NCBI RefSeq assembly: GCF_009834535.1
Contig: NC_045696.1
Span: 88,476,001 to 88,540,000 of the forward strand
DNA: 64,000 nucleotides
Origin: Camelus ferus
Taxonomy: Eukaryota
Direction of reading: 5' to 3'
Part shown: in pieces, positions 13,065 through 27,400 of the stretch
Layout of the letters: each line of letters starts with the position of its first letter
Numbering within the stretch: position 1 is the first letter of the stretch
Notes under the pieces: generated by a model
The model's input: only the letters and a program-made list of their open reading frames with translations
Databases searched by the model: none
Told to the model about the DNA's origin: nothing
Program-made: the position numbers and the translations under genes

Positions 13065-13295
13065 CTAAGATAATGGGGCTAGAAGAAATACTTCCAGACC
13101 AGCAGCCTGTTTTGAAAATAATTTTATTGGAGCACAGCCACACTTATATGTTTAATAATGTCTGTGGCTCCATTTTCACTACAGAGGCAGAATCAAGTAT
13201 CTGGGACAGAGACCATATGGCCCACAGGAAACATATTTGCCATCTGGCATTTTATTAAAAAAAGAAAAAAGAACATTTGCCCACTCCTGGACTAG
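13065..13295. mobile_element. MER58-like hAT-Charlie DNA transposon
   Basis: ttttattggagcacagccacac...gacagagaccatatggcccaca...tttgcccactcctg. Confidence 0.7.
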
Positions 13296-14081
13296 AACCT
13301 CCCAAGCAGTGCACTTTGAGTAGTCTCTTAAGTTAGAATTAAAGAAGCACTACTTCCATTAGACATTTCACAAAGCTGCAACCACATACTACAACCATGT
13401 CTTTTATCTGGAGCTGTATTTGGCTACTATTTTGGTAACAGATTTTGTTTTCAGTGATGGAGTTACCCACTTTCTAGGAGAAAAAATTCTGATCAACTCT
13501 TATCTCAGTATTAAATAGTTTCATTGTCTAAACTGATATAAGTTGTATAATTTTGCCCTTTTTATGCATCCACACATTCTGAGAATGCAAACTCAGCTCC
13601 CTGCCATAGATGCTGACCACAAGTTTGGAGACATATGAGCTAAGCTGTCTCCCTCCATCTTCTCCAGGTGGGTTTTGCTCATAATGTTGTCTGCAAGTTG
13701 GAGTCTTGAACCTTCTTCCATGCTCTGCATTATGTCTGCAACTTGAGGGTCAGGCAACACAGCCTCTAACTCAGGTCTGGCAGATTGAATGAATGAATGA
13801 ATGCAGTGTACTCAGATGACTAAGAGCAAGGGAAGAGGTGACAGACAAGACTGACAAAGATCTGTAATATTCCTAACCTAGGGCAACAATGGAAAGAAAT
13901 GTTAAGTAGAGCAGCTCGCCCTGTCCTTTTCCTCCAATGAGTAAAGGTGTTAGTAACAAAACAGAGATAGGCAGGCCAGCTTTCAAGTCAGCCTTGGTGC
14001 TGTTCTGCCTTACTTGTATGATCTTTGCTCCAGTTTCCCTGGCTTCTCTGGACCCAGTCCTCCTGTTGCCTCTTCCCTCAG

Positions 14082-14168
14082 ACTGCCCGCCACTGAGGGC
14101 AGAGGCGCGTTCACTTTTGCTGTACTCTTTGCTCCCTGCCCAGGAATCTCAAGAGGCTGTGGGATCAG
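14082..14168 (+). other. B3GALNT1: B3GALNT1 non-coding 5'UTR exon (87 nt)
   Basis: Acceptor cctcttccctcag|ACT and donor CAG|gtatga, in unique sequence with locally higher GC. Confidence 0.6.
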
Positions 14169-14591
14169 GTATGAGGCTGGGCTCTTCTGCAGGCATCATG
14201 CTCTGGAGAAGGAGCACAGTGTTTGGACTTGAGCCTGAGTTTGTGTTCTGGGCCTACCTGCATCTGGGCTGCACAGGCCTCTGAAAAATGGGATGGTGCC
14301 ACCTGTTTTACCAGATGGTGAGATGTGCTTTGTATATTGCTGTAGAAGTGATGCAGACTTAAGCCCCAAAGTCCACTTTCCCTTAAAAAGATAAACCCTG
14401 CTTAAAATTCTAACACGTATTGCAAATTAGAGTGTATTTTTTGTTGTTGTTGGATACAAGTACAGATAAGGCAGAAACAAAAAGGAAATTGCAACTAAAT
14501 TTTTTTGGTCAGGTCTTACTATTATTGGCTGCTCCTCATCTTTCTCAGCCTAAGGATTCTACACACCACAACCCCAGAAATCTATAAAATA

Positions 14592-14902
14592 TAGTTGTCC
14601 TCAGTATCCACAGGGGATTTGTTCCAGGATGCCCTTCGATATCAAAATCCGTGTCAAATCCCTTATATAAGATGGCTATATTTGCATATAACCCACGTAC
14701 ATCTTCCCCTATACTTTAAATCATCTCTAGATTACTTATAATACCTAATGTAATGTAAATCTTTGTAAATACAATGTAAATGATATGTAAATAGTTGCCC
14801 GAGCACATGGCAAATTCAAGTTTTGCTTTTTGGAACTTTCTGGAATTTCTTTCAAATATTTTTGATCCAAAGTTAATGGAGCCTATGGTTATGGAACACT
14901 GT
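14592..14902 (+). mobile_element. MER2-like TcMar-Tigger DNA transposon
   Basis: cctcagtatccacagggg...ttccagga...tatactttaaatcatctctagattacttataatacctaat is the characteristic MER2 core. Confidence 0.8.
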
Positions 14903-17548
14903 GTTCCCAGATAGTCCTACAATAAAGTACTTTGTTTACAAATAGTATATAATATGTCTTTTTAAAATACATTTTTAAAAACCCAGGTGTCTTCTGCCTC
15001 AACAAACAAGAGGCAGGAGGCTTCTAATTTAATGAGTCTAGAATGAAAGACATTCTCCCCTTTGTCTCTGAGTATCGGAAGGTGATACTGCAGCAACCAG
15101 CAGGGGATCCGGTTGCAGGATGGATGAGTAACAGTGGAGTGTTAGGTATTGGTACTCACTGTTTACTTAAAATTGTATAACAATCACAGAAGTTATGCTT
15201 GAAGTGGGGCTTTTTCTTAAATTCAGTACTTCAGATTCATTCTTTGAAACCATTTAAAAATTTTACGCAAAATGAAACCTTTTCTATATACTGCATTTGA
15301 AACCTGAATAACAAAGTCATGGAATCTGGGCGTTGGAAAGGACCTCAGAAGTTACTTAAAATAACTTAAAGCTCAGTAAAGAATTAACCTTTGTAACATT
15401 CCTACCACCGCCTGAAGATTTCTGCCGATTCTAGAAATCTATACTTACCCATCCCACTGGCTTTTATCTTTGGGCTTCCACTTGCCTTCTGGAGTTGACA
15501 TATTGTTCAAAATACCCGAAAGCGTCTACCATATCCTTCTAAACTTTTGTTTTCCCCAGAATAGAACATTCCTCAGCTCCTTCAGCTACTACTTCATCCA
15601 GTCTTAATGTGAAGTGATTAACCCTCCTCTGAACTAAATGTAACTTGTTGATGGTCCTTTTAAAATGGAACATATCTGTGGCTGTGGGATTATGACCCCT
15701 TTTGCCCAGACTTTTTTTCTATTTCTTGAGCCCAAGAGTGTATTAGGGTTTTCACTGTATGTGTATTGGGGGAGAAGGACACATTATGGTATTAACTTGT
15801 AGAATTTCTGTTAGCACTGTCATTTGCTTATAGGTACTTGGGGGTTCTTTCTGTGTGCAAGACACTGTGCTGGGTACAGCAATGTGCAGAAATGAACACT
15901 GTCTCTGTTCTGATGGACCTAGATGGGACCTGAGGGGTAACCTGGCCCAGTCTCTTAAAGGTTCTGATGAGAAAAGCAACTCCCCAAATTTAGTAACTTG
16001 CCCTCTCCTACAGCTGTTAGAACTAGAATCCTTGTCTCCTGACTCTCCAGTTATTCCTTTACATCACCACCTTTCTTTATATTGAACTCATACTCAGCTA
16101 AAACCTTTAGGTCCTCTTAAATTTAGATCTCCCATCCTCTCTTGTGCAGTTGGTTTTGGAAACTCTGATATAGGACAATAAATTTGTTCCCATCTGTTTA
16201 TTCTAACCTGTTGAAAGCTTTTTAGGTTGTAATTATATCTTCTAATGAATTTTCTATTTTCTCTTGTCTACAAAATTGAATAAGCCCACATTCATTTGTC
16301 TTTGATAAGAAAATCAAACAGGAAAAGGCTAAAGATGGGCCTGTGATTAAACCCTAAAGATTTTCCCCCAGGTTGATGAAGATGCTCTACCAGCTTTAGA
16401 ACCTAAGCGGGAGGGCAGGTCTGTGGCTGTTTTGGTGATACACAGTCACAGTCCAGCACGAGCCCTCGAGATGTGTGAAAAAAATCTACTGGCCAAGGTG
16501 GATCAGCTGCTTGTGAGCCATCTAGGCACTGCCGCTGGACTCAGGTTTTTCCATTTTGTTCAGAAGGACCTTTCATTGCCCTGCCCTCTTAAGAGATGCT
16601 CAATTGTTATGTGTTATCAAAAGCTTTCCTTGATCTTCTGATTGAGGAATGCTTTTGAAAATGGGGATGGGGTTAATCAGATGAAATGTTCTTAGTGGTT
16701 TTCTGCTGGTTCCTGATGGTCACTGCTTCTGTGTCTGAGTGTTCACTGATGTTTGCAGGAGCTCAGAAACTTTCTCTGGAATATAAGTTCACTAACATTA
16801 TTCCCCTCAGCAATTCTTCCATTTCTGAAGTTTACTTGGAAGAGAAGTCAGGTTGAAAACTGACTGGGTGAGAATTAGAAAGAGCTGAACATGATTTGCT
16901 TGGTGATTGAATAGTATTTGCATTTAGAAATTTTTTTTAAAGTGTCTGGTTTAGCTTTGTCAACTCTTCATCCCTGAGGAAAATCAGAGGTGCTGTACTA
17001 CATGGAAGAAAGTACGAAAGGTAAAAACAAATTAGGAAGGATGCCGTGCAGTGCAGCAGTTATAGAGCCCACTGAGAGCGTGTGAACACCTGGATTCCCA
17101 GCCCTGCCCTGCTGGATGTGAGACCTTGACTAAGGAGCAGGTCTCCAAAAGTGCTTACTGCAGTGCCAGGACCAGACAGGGGCTGTTGCTAAAATCATGG
17201 TAAACAGACAGTTGCACTAACTCTCTGTTCTGTTTCTCCAGCATCCTTGCATTTGAACTGATTCTTTCGCCTATCTGGAAACCACCCCCCTCCAATTTAT
17301 TTCCTCATGCCCAGCATGTTTTTGATGCAAAATAAAAAGGTCTATATCTGCATGAATTATTTGTTATTATTTATTGCTTTTGCTAATTACTCATATTTCA
17401 GGGTTTGAGAGTGGGAGTCTTGAGTCGTTCTGTGTGAAGACGGGAAGGCCGTGATGCCGCCTTACTGTTTCTCAAGGTTCAATGTTTGCGAGAAGTTAAA
17501 ACCCACCCAGAGCAGTTATGGTCAAGAGGGCTGCAGCAGACTCCCTAG

Positions 17549-17780
17549 GATAGGAAGGGCAGTGGCCAAGAACATGAGGTTTGAAGTCCTGTTTGATTTT
17601 GTCTCTACCAGTTACAAGCTGGGGACTTTGGGCAAGTTATTGACTTTCCCTAAGCCTTACTTTCCTCACTTGTTAAATGTGAACAGTAAAGGTTTTAAAA
17701 GTGCCCTAGTTTATGGGCTCTCTTGAAGATGACATGAGTGAGTGCCTATCAGTGCCTGAATAGTTTCTCAATTCAGTGAC
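17549..17780 (+). mobile_element. MIR SINE
   Basis: Core gactttgggcaagttattgactttccctaagcct...tttcctca. Confidence 0.6.
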
Positions 17781-18799
17781 TATACAGATGTTCTAGGACA
17801 GAATTTCCCAAAGTATGGAATTCTAGTCCTGCTAGAAGCTCTGAAATTTAAAATAGTTCCTTTGTTCAGATAAATTTGAGAAACACTGCATGATACAGCC
17901 TCTTCTCAGAATATATATTAACATTTGAAAACTCTGAGAAGCGCTCCATTAAAAAAGTAATAGTTTATTTGAATGATTTCCAGTTTTTCTGTCCACAGCC
18001 CTGATAGGGTTCTGTAACACCCATAGATAAGTCACAGATGCAGCCACTTTGGCTGCATGAAGTTCTGTGCTTATTAACTGAGTTCCTTCTCTGAGGGTGG
18101 TGGTTTCATTTGATGGTTAAAGTGTTTGCACACTTAATAATCTGGGAGCTGACGACTGTTTTGTCTCTGGAGGTTTTTTTGCATTCCTATTATTTGAAAT
18201 ATTTCTTCAGCTGTTGTAGATCAACCACCAAATCAACAAGTAATTACTGGTGGCCTGCTGTGCACCCAGCATTGTGCTAGCTTTGTGAGATAGAGAAGAT
18301 CGTTTGCTTAAGGTAAAGTATTTAGAATCTAGTTGGTGAATGCATGTGCAGTTAATATAATCACAAGCTTATTTTTTATAAAATGGAAATGATTTTTAAA
18401 CTATAAATATAATTTGTTTCTTGACAGTGATACGGGACATTATTATTTAAGAAGTCAGTAAAAAAGGTAATAGTGTACTTCCCTGTTGGGCCTTTTTATA
18501 TTTTTCTGTTCACTGATGTTTTAGGTTTTTCTGTCTGTCCCTCCCCTCAGGAGGCCGGTGCACCCACTGTCAGCAAATGAGCCAATCCCAGGTCTCAGAC
18601 CAGGCCAGCTTGATTTCTGTGACATCATAGTGTGTGCGTTTGTGTACATGACTGAATGTCGTTTAACTTGAGAAACTCCTGAGTGCCCCTGTGCTGACTG
18701 GTTAATTCGTGTTTTCCACATGAATCTCACACACACAACCAGTCAGTGTTGCAGCCAGGATTTAGGGTGGGCCGTCTAACACTGATACCCAGGTATTTT

Positions 18800-21700
18800 C
18801 ATTATCTTTTTTCCCCCAGTTTTGATAAATTTAAAATACAAAGAAAACTATGAATATTAGAGGCCTGTGTACTTCTATCACCCTGAATTAACAACTGCTA
18901 ATATTTTAGTGTTTGTGTCTGATCCGTTTTTTCCCCTTCTCACCACGCTTCATTCTTTCACAGCGATGCCTGCACTGCTTAGCGCGGCAGGTACTCCTGC
19001 AGTCCCTTCCAAAACCAGCTTCATGTGCTTAGCTGTTTCTGAAGGCTGCTTCTTGTGTGTGGTTTAAAACTGCTTGTGTAAATGGTATCATATATGTATA
19101 ATCATTCAACTTGTATTCTTTACTCAACATTTTATTTTTGAGAACTGTTCCAATTGATATACTACATCAGTTCATTTTAACTGTCTCATGGGATTCCATA
19201 GGAAGGCAGACCAAGTTTTATTTGTCTACTATCTTGTGGATGCACGTTTAGGTTGCCTCAAATTTCCTGCTTTTGTAGCCCCCTAAGGAGCATGCCTGTA
19301 CCTGTCTCCACGTGTGTTTTTCTAGGGTGTGTTCCCAGGAGGGGAATGGCTGGTGTTCAATTTTGCTAGAGGCAGCCATATTGCTTACCCGGGGTGCTGT
19401 CACAGTTTGTACTTCTACCCACAGTGTCTTACAAAGAGCAGTTACTCTAGTAGTTGATGAGTATTAAACTTCAATGTTGTCCAGTGGGTTAAAAATCTGG
19501 TATCCGATTTTAATTTGTATTTCCCTGATTGCTATAGAGATTGACCCTCTTTTCATATCTGTTGGCCATTCTTATTTCCTCTTCCGTAAACCTGTTCATA
19601 TGCCACTCATTTTCCTTTTGATTTGTAAGTTTTATATAAACTTTACACAAACAGAAAACAATGATAGCAGATTCTTGTGAATATATTATATAACAAATAC
19701 ATATATCCAGAAGGGACTCTGTATGCCAGTCCTTTGTTTTATTTGTTGTCAATAACTTCTCTGAGTCTGTGACTCATCTTTTAACTGTGTTTGTGGTGTC
19801 TTGCCCTGTAAGTAGTTTCATATTTTGTTTTGACCCAGTCTATTTCTCCTCTCCTCATGGAATATACTTTTTATGACTGGTTTGCAAAGACTTTCCCCTC
19901 GCAAAGATCACAAATATATCTGCTTTATTTTCCTAGGTTATTAGTTTTGCTTTTTTTTTACATTTAATTCTTTCATCTACCTGGTATTTTATTTTGGAAA
20001 TGAATATGAATATAATTTTACTTTTTCCACATTTATTCTGAAACAGTTTATTGAATCTTTTCCCCATTGGTTTGTGGAGCCACTTTGGCCATTTTTCAAG
20101 TCCCTGTGGACCACTGAGTCTGTTTCTGGTCGTGCTATCCAGCTGTTGAATCTGGTGTTCCATTATGCTGTTTTAATTAGTGTAGCTCTGAAATACTTTG
20201 ATAACACCCAGCTCACCCCAACCCAACCCCAGCTTCATTCTTTGTTTTCAAAATCGTGTTGGATATTCCTAGATCATTAAGTTCCTTTCATAATCGTATG
20301 AATTTATTGATTAATGTGGGGAAGTGGAATCTTACATTGGAATTTTCTCATCCCCAAACACATTACTACTTTTTTTTACATTCTTCAGAGAAGTTTTTTA
20401 GTTTTCTACATCAGGGTCCTGCACATCTTTTGTTAGCTTTATTTGACGCTGTAGTTTTTGTTGCTATTGTGTTTTTCCTATTAGATTTTTTTTTTTAAGG
20501 TTTCTGATTTGTATGTGAGCTCATATTCAGCTTCTTGGTAAACCTATTATTTTTTATATGTTGTCTTTTTCCCCTTGAGTTTTCTGTGTAGATGATTATA
20601 TAGTATGAAAATAATGGCAGTTTTTCCCTCTTCCTTTACAATTTTTACATTATTTCCTCCTCTAGTTCAGTGGGTGGTAAGGCTTTCTAGAACAGCACTG
20701 AATAGTAGAGCTGATAGCACACATCCTTGTCTTTCCTGGCTTCATTGGAAATGTTTCTAAAGTTTCATCATTAAGTTTGGTTTCTTCAACAGGTTAAGGA
20801 ACTTCCCTTCTATCCCTAATGTTTGTTTTTTTAATAATCTTTATTGGCTTTTTGTGTTTCTTTATTTTGTTTTATTTTTATTCCTTTTATTTTCTTAGTA
20901 ATAACATTAGAATTTTTTTTTTTTACTTCTTGTATTCAGGTCATTTATTTTCAGTCTTTTTTAAAAAATATATTGTTACGCTGATGAAAAAAGACAGACT
21001 AAAAAGTCTGCATGCCAAATCATTCCATTTATGTGACCTTCTGGTAAAGGCAAGACTACAGGGATGAAAAACATCAGTGGTTGCCTGGGGGTTGGAGGGA
21101 GGATTGATTACAAAGGGACACTAGTAGAATTTTTGTTGTGTTGGAGCTGTATCGTATCTTGATTGTGCTGGTGGTTACATGAGTGTCAAAACTTACAGAA
21201 CAGTACAGTAAAAAGGATGAATTTTACTGTATATAAATTATATGCCAGTTAAAAAAAACCACATGGATCCAAAAAATATATAAAGTAATTCTACTTTTTA
21301 ATTAATTTGATTTTCTGTAAAGATTGTTTTATTTGTATCTAGTGCATTTTTATAAGTAGCACTTTTTTTTAAATAGGAAGGGAAAATTTTTATTTTCATT
21401 ATTTTAACTTTTAATGTATTCAAGTACCTTAAGAATCAAAATAATATAAAAATATTACATACATAACAAAATAATATAACAAAGTAATGTTAAATAGTAT
21501 AACAAACTGATATAAACAGGAATGCTCTCACCTTTTTTCTTGTCCACCCTATTCCTCTCTGTCCGCGGCATGTGTGCCTTTCCATTGTTTTTCTTATGCA
21601 CATACAAATACTGGCTCCATTTCTTGTTCCTTTCTAAGATAAGAGTTAACATATTATAAACATTGTTCAGTATCTTATATCTTCACTTGATATTTTCTAG

Positions 21701-24700
21701 AAGTATTTCCATGTCAGTACTTAGAGAACATCCTTATTATTTTTTTTAATAGCTGTGTACTTTTCCATGGGGTGGTGGTATCTTGATTTATCTGAGGAAT
21801 CCCTCATTGTGATCCCTTGGTTTATTTCTAATTATTTGCTAATAGAAACAATTTGCAGCCAATAACCTTATATACAGATATCATTCTGTACATACTCAGC
21901 TATGTCTGAAATAAATTTCAGGAACAAAATTACTGATAAAAGAATAAATGTATTTGTCATTTGTGTAAGTACTGTTTTTCCAGATAGCCCTCCTCAAGGT
22001 GTTGCCATTTTTCACTCCACCAGAAATGTACGAGAGAGGGAGTTCTTTTCTTTTCTTAACTCTCTTTAGTTTTTATTACTGAAAAATTTTAAAGTAAACA
22101 CAGATATCTTGACATACTACTCCTATATATATATCAGTGTATGACTCTTAAAAATAAGAAAGTTTTTTAAAAATTACAAAACTTTTAACAGCTTTATTGA
22201 GGTATGACCTACATAGCGTAAAATTATTTTAATTGTACAATTCAGTGATTTTTTACTAAATTTACAGAGATCTACAACTATTACCACAGTCAGATTTTAA
22301 AATATTTCCATCACCCCAAAAAGATCCTTTCTGTCCATTTGCAGTCACTGATCCCAGCTGCAGGTGGGTAATCAACCTACTGCCTATAGATTTGCCTTTC
22401 CTCAACATTTCATACAATATGTGGTCTTTTGTGTTGGGCTCCTTTTACTTAGCATGTTTTTTAGGTTCATCCATGTTCTGAATTCTTAAATGATATTTGT
22501 TATAACCTGTATCAGTACTTTGTTTCTTTTTATAGCTAAGTAGCATTCCATTGCATGGATATTCCACACTGATTTACCCAGGAATATTTTCAGTTAATGT
22601 TATCACACGTAACAAAATGAATAATCCTTTCGCATGTCCTAATGTCTAGATTGTCTTTAGTTTTCTCCAGGATTCAGTTTGGGATCCTACGCTGCAGTTG
22701 TGTGTGTCCCTTAATCTCTTTTAATCTAGAACCATCCGTGTTTCATGGGGTTGACTAGTTGCAGACACCATGATGGTTGTCCCACAGAACACCCCACCTC
22801 TTGGGTTTGAGTGTTTCCCTGTGGAGTTCCTTAGCTTGTTCTTCTGTTTTCTATGTGTCATGTAAAACATGATTAGATTCCAGTTAAACATTTTGGCTAA
22901 GATGCACACTTCACATTGTATTTCATTAGGAGACACGTTTCTCATTAGAAATGCATTTGTTCCATTATTTATAATACTGAGATTGATGACTGGGTGAGAG
23001 TGATAGCACTCTGATTCCTCCGGTGTAAATTTTTTTTTTTTTCAGTCCTTACAAGTAAAGTTATCTTTGGTACTATACAGATGTCTGATTCTCTGTCAGT
23101 CTTTTGCTTGCTGGTTAAAACACTGATTGATAGTCATTGCCTGAATTGATGATTTCATGAGAGTTTGCAAAATGATGGTTTTCTCATTCTGTCATTCTAT
23201 CTACATTTATAATTAACATTTTTCTATAAAGAAGAGCTTTTCCTCTTCACTTGGAGCTATTTGGCTCCCCTGAACTGCAGATCATTCTTTAAGGCAAAAA
23301 AACAAACAAACAAACAAAAATAAAACAACTTGTCTTCTCCTGCAGTAGTTTTCATATAAGAGGTTGGGTACTAGCTCCCTCACTGAAATGTAATACATTG
23401 CTGTATTCAGTTGCAGGTGTTTTATAATTACCAGTACGGTATTCTTGTTAATACGGGTTTGGTGTGTAAGGGTTTTGAGTTTCCAGATAGGCTTTTTTGT
23501 TTATGTGTTTTTCAGGTTATGTTTTTGTAGTTAAGTTAAAATTATATTGTAGTCAGATGATGAGGCCTGTGTTAAATTGAGTTTTGAAAAAGAGATGACT
23601 TGTGTAACTTAATGTGATCAATTTAAATAAATTTTTCATATATTCTTGAAATGAATATTCCTATTCTTTTTAATTGGGTGAAAGGTGCTAAATTACAGTT
23701 ATTAATAAAATTATTTGAAACACTCAGATCTCTGTTTTTGTTGCTTGATGTGTTAGTTATTTAGAGAGAATTGTTAAAAATCTATTAGTATGATAGATTC
23801 TTCCATTTGTACTCATATTTTTCAGCATTTGCTTTATATATTTTGAGACTATATTTTTATGTTAAATAGTTTCATGATTGTTAAATAATCTTGTTGGATG
23901 GTTCTTTACTAGTAACACAATCTCCTTGTTCCTTTTAAGTGCTGTTCATTTAAAATATGTGACATTAATAAGTAACTACAATGGACTTCTGATTGGCATT
24001 TTCCTGATTTTTAAAAATGTTCTAATCTTTAAACTTCTGTGTTTTGTTTTAGGCATGTATCTTATAAGCAGTATAAGGCAGAATTTTGAGCCAGTCTGAG
24101 AGTCTGTTTTTCAGTAGGTGAGTTTACATTCGTATTTACTCTGATGATACATTTAAATTTACTTTTGCTGTCTTCTTTTGTGTTTTCCATTTGCCATGCA
24201 TTTTCTTTGCTTTTTGTCTCTTCTCCTCTCCTCTGTTGAACTGATAGCTTCCTTTCTTTCTTTTATTTCCCAGTCTGTGTGGAATGTATATGTTTCATAT
24301 GTATTCTCTCAGTGGTCACTTTAAAGGTTAATATGCATTCTTAAATGAATTTTTTGCAAAAAAGTTTCTCAGTCTTTCCTTGTTCCTCCTGAGCTAAATA
24401 GGAATGTTAACATATTTTAATTTTCCTTTGAAAATCTTTTTACAGCAATCATGTTATTTTTATATAGTATTTTAGTTTTGCTTTTTTAACGACACAAAAA
24501 AATACTGTTTTTGTGCTTGTTCTTCTTTCTCTCTCTTTTTTAGCATCTATATTTACTAATTTTCATTATCTTTTAATAATCTCTATTTACTTTTTTTCTT
24601 GCGTTTCATTCCTTCCTCCTGAGTTCATTTTTCTCCTTACTAAAATACATTCCTTTGGTACTTTTTTAGCTAGAGTTTGTTAGTTTGTAAGTCCTATTCT

Positions 24701-26200
24701 ATTTGAAAGGGTCTTTATTTCACCTTCATTTCATTTGAACTCTCTGAAATTCACTTGTGAAATATGTACGGTAAAACCAGTTGGCCCAACATAGGGTTAT
24801 TGGGGGGAGCTATTAATATTTGTTGAAACACTTTATAAACTGTTTCATGTATATGTGTGTAATGCTATTATTATTAGATAATTTAAACCTGTTAGGTTTC
24901 TATTAGAATTACTGTGCTTTGAATGGATTTTTAAAATCGTTTGTTACTGTATTGACATAAGACTTACTGAAATAATGGAGAATAATACCTACTAGAAATG
25001 TCATGAATCGTACATGCCCACACCGTGGGAGAAGAGTTGGGATAAGATGCAGCTCAGGGTCCTAACTGCTAGCTTGCAGTTACTTCCGTTCAGTGGAATT
25101 TAGAGACATGCAAGCATGAAATCCAGTTTTTTGGCTTTTTTAAAAAATCTACTTACAAAGAAAGTACACAAATAGTGTGGAAAATACACATGTTACAAAA
25201 AGGAAAAAGAAAGACAGACAGAAATCATCCAGAAATCCCACAGAGTAGAAACCATTGACATGTGGGGACACACCCTGCCAGACATCTTGCTTTGTGTGTG
25301 TGACTGTATGGACCGATGGAGTCTTCTCATCTTTCAGAAGGAATCGTACTACACTTGTAGTTTTGCAGCTGCATCTTTCGTTTAGTAATATATCAATGGA
25401 ATATAGATAAGCATCATTGCAGATAATGAATAAATATATGCTGTTGTACGGATGTATCATAATTTTGTTTAACCAATTCCCTATTGGGAGACTTTAAAAT
25501 AATTTTTATATTATAAATTATGCACAGTTGCCCGATTATTTAAGAGAAATTGCTGGCAATGGTATTGGTCAAAGAGTGTGCACATTCAAATTTTTGATAA
25601 ATGTTTAACATTTCTCTCCAGAAAGTACACAAGAATGCTTCTTTTCCTCACACAAACTGAGTACTATCACTTTTCTTCTTTGATTTTTTTAGTTTGGGAT
25701 TTTTGTTAATATCTCTGCTTACTTGTGCGTTTGAATATCTTTCCTTATTTTATTGACCATTTGCAATACTTTTGGGAATTTCCCTTTGGGCCATTTATTC
25801 TCTTGTGTTCATCTGTTTCTTACTACTCTATGAACTTTTTTTATTTGGCATATAAATTCTTTATCATAAGTCTCTCGGGTATTTTTCCCATTTCTTTTTT
25901 TATCTTTCAACCTTGTTTGTGCTTTTTGTTGTGTTGTTGTTTTTTGGTTTTTTTGCATTTCAACCTTGTTCAAGAACTTTTTGAAATTTTTATTTAATCA
26001 AATTTCCTTTATGTGTTCTGTGTTTTCCCCCTACATGGAATAATTGAAAGTTCCTCCCCACTTCAAAATCATTGAAATGTTCATTTATATTTTCTCTTTT
26101 TTTTTCTTTTTCAATTTTATTACATAGAATTATTACAATTTGACTGCACATACACATTATATTGCATGTAAATACATATATACAATATACTGCAATTTTT
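18800..26200. mobile_element. Large patchwork of old LINE-1 fragments in the B3GALNT1 last intron (mostly antisense; sense L1 3' piece at ~20975-21260)
   Basis: AT-rich, with many L1 phrases. Minus ORF 19510-19752 HMNRFTEEEIRMANR resembles ORF2. An L1MB-like 3' end lies at ~22180-22580. Confidence 0.7.
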
Positions 26201-27224
26201 TTAGTTTACATATATGTACTGATCATTGTTTCTAAGAATAGATTAGAGCTTTAGCTTTTTAAACTTACATAGTTATCAAAGGAATAGTGCTCCTACAGAT
26301 TCATTTTTCTCCCATTTGACTCTAATCCTTTTGGAGTGTTTTTTGCCATAAGGAGTGATTACACATCATTGCTTCCTCTTTTTCACATCCTCTTTTGATT
26401 TTTAAACTTGACTAGCGAAAACCAAGGTATGAGAATGCTGAATCACGGCAGGAAGTGAGATGTGCCTCACTGTCTTTCAGTTTACGAACGTGTCTTGGGT
26501 ATTTATGAGTAGAGATGTAGGTATATGCCCAGGAAGGAGTGGGTTGGGAAGTGGTAGTTCACAGTCTCACGTCAGGGTTGCCTTCCATGAATGTGTGTGG
26601 TGCAGAGAATTAGACAGGATGCCAGCAGAGTGTCTCTTAGAAGTTTTGTGTTTCACGTCTTTTAGTGACCCCCAAGTTCTTTATCTAGGAAAGTGGAACT
26701 GTGGTAGAAAGTGGAACTGAGACATCAGCTGACATGAGAACTTAGATGCTCTTCTTCCATGATGAACTCATGAACTTTCTGAATTCTGTGGACTGGTGGG
26801 TTTTGTGGGTTTTTTTAACTTTTTATTTCAACCTATGTTTCATTTCAGAAAGGAATTGGAGCGGGGGTGGGCAGGGGTTCCCTTTCCTTTTGACTTCTAA
26901 TCCCTTGACCCACAAGTAAATGCTGTTCAGTTTCTTATCTATCTTACAGAAATTTCAAGCATTATTTTTTGACTGCTACTCACTGCTGAATGCTCAGTTG
27001 GTGAAGGTGAAAGACTTTCACTCAGAAGAAGTAAATCAAGAAGAAGGTAAGAAATAGAAATCCATTTATGGCTTTGAAACACTTTACAAATAGTAAGAAT
27101 TCATCAAGATTCTTTCTTTAGGACAATCCCTTTTGACAATACAAATCAACTTAGTGAATGTCAACAGGATAGAATAGCTGCCAAGGGCGGAGCAAGCTGG
27201 TGACGACAGCCTGTGTGTGGCGTC

Positions 27225-27400
27225 CCTGACACCGGCCAGATGCTCTGCACAAGCGGTCACTAATCTGCACCGGGTTAGCATCTTCAGTGTAGAGATGCGG
27301 AAACTGAGACTCCCAGAGATAAACATGCCCTTGCCCTGATTGGTAAAGGACAGAGTTGGGTGTGGATTCTGGTCTCTGCCTTTGGAGCTGCGTCTGTTGT
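27225..27400 (-). mobile_element. MIR SINE
   Basis: tagagatgcggaaactgagactc core in reverse orientation. Confidence 0.55.
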
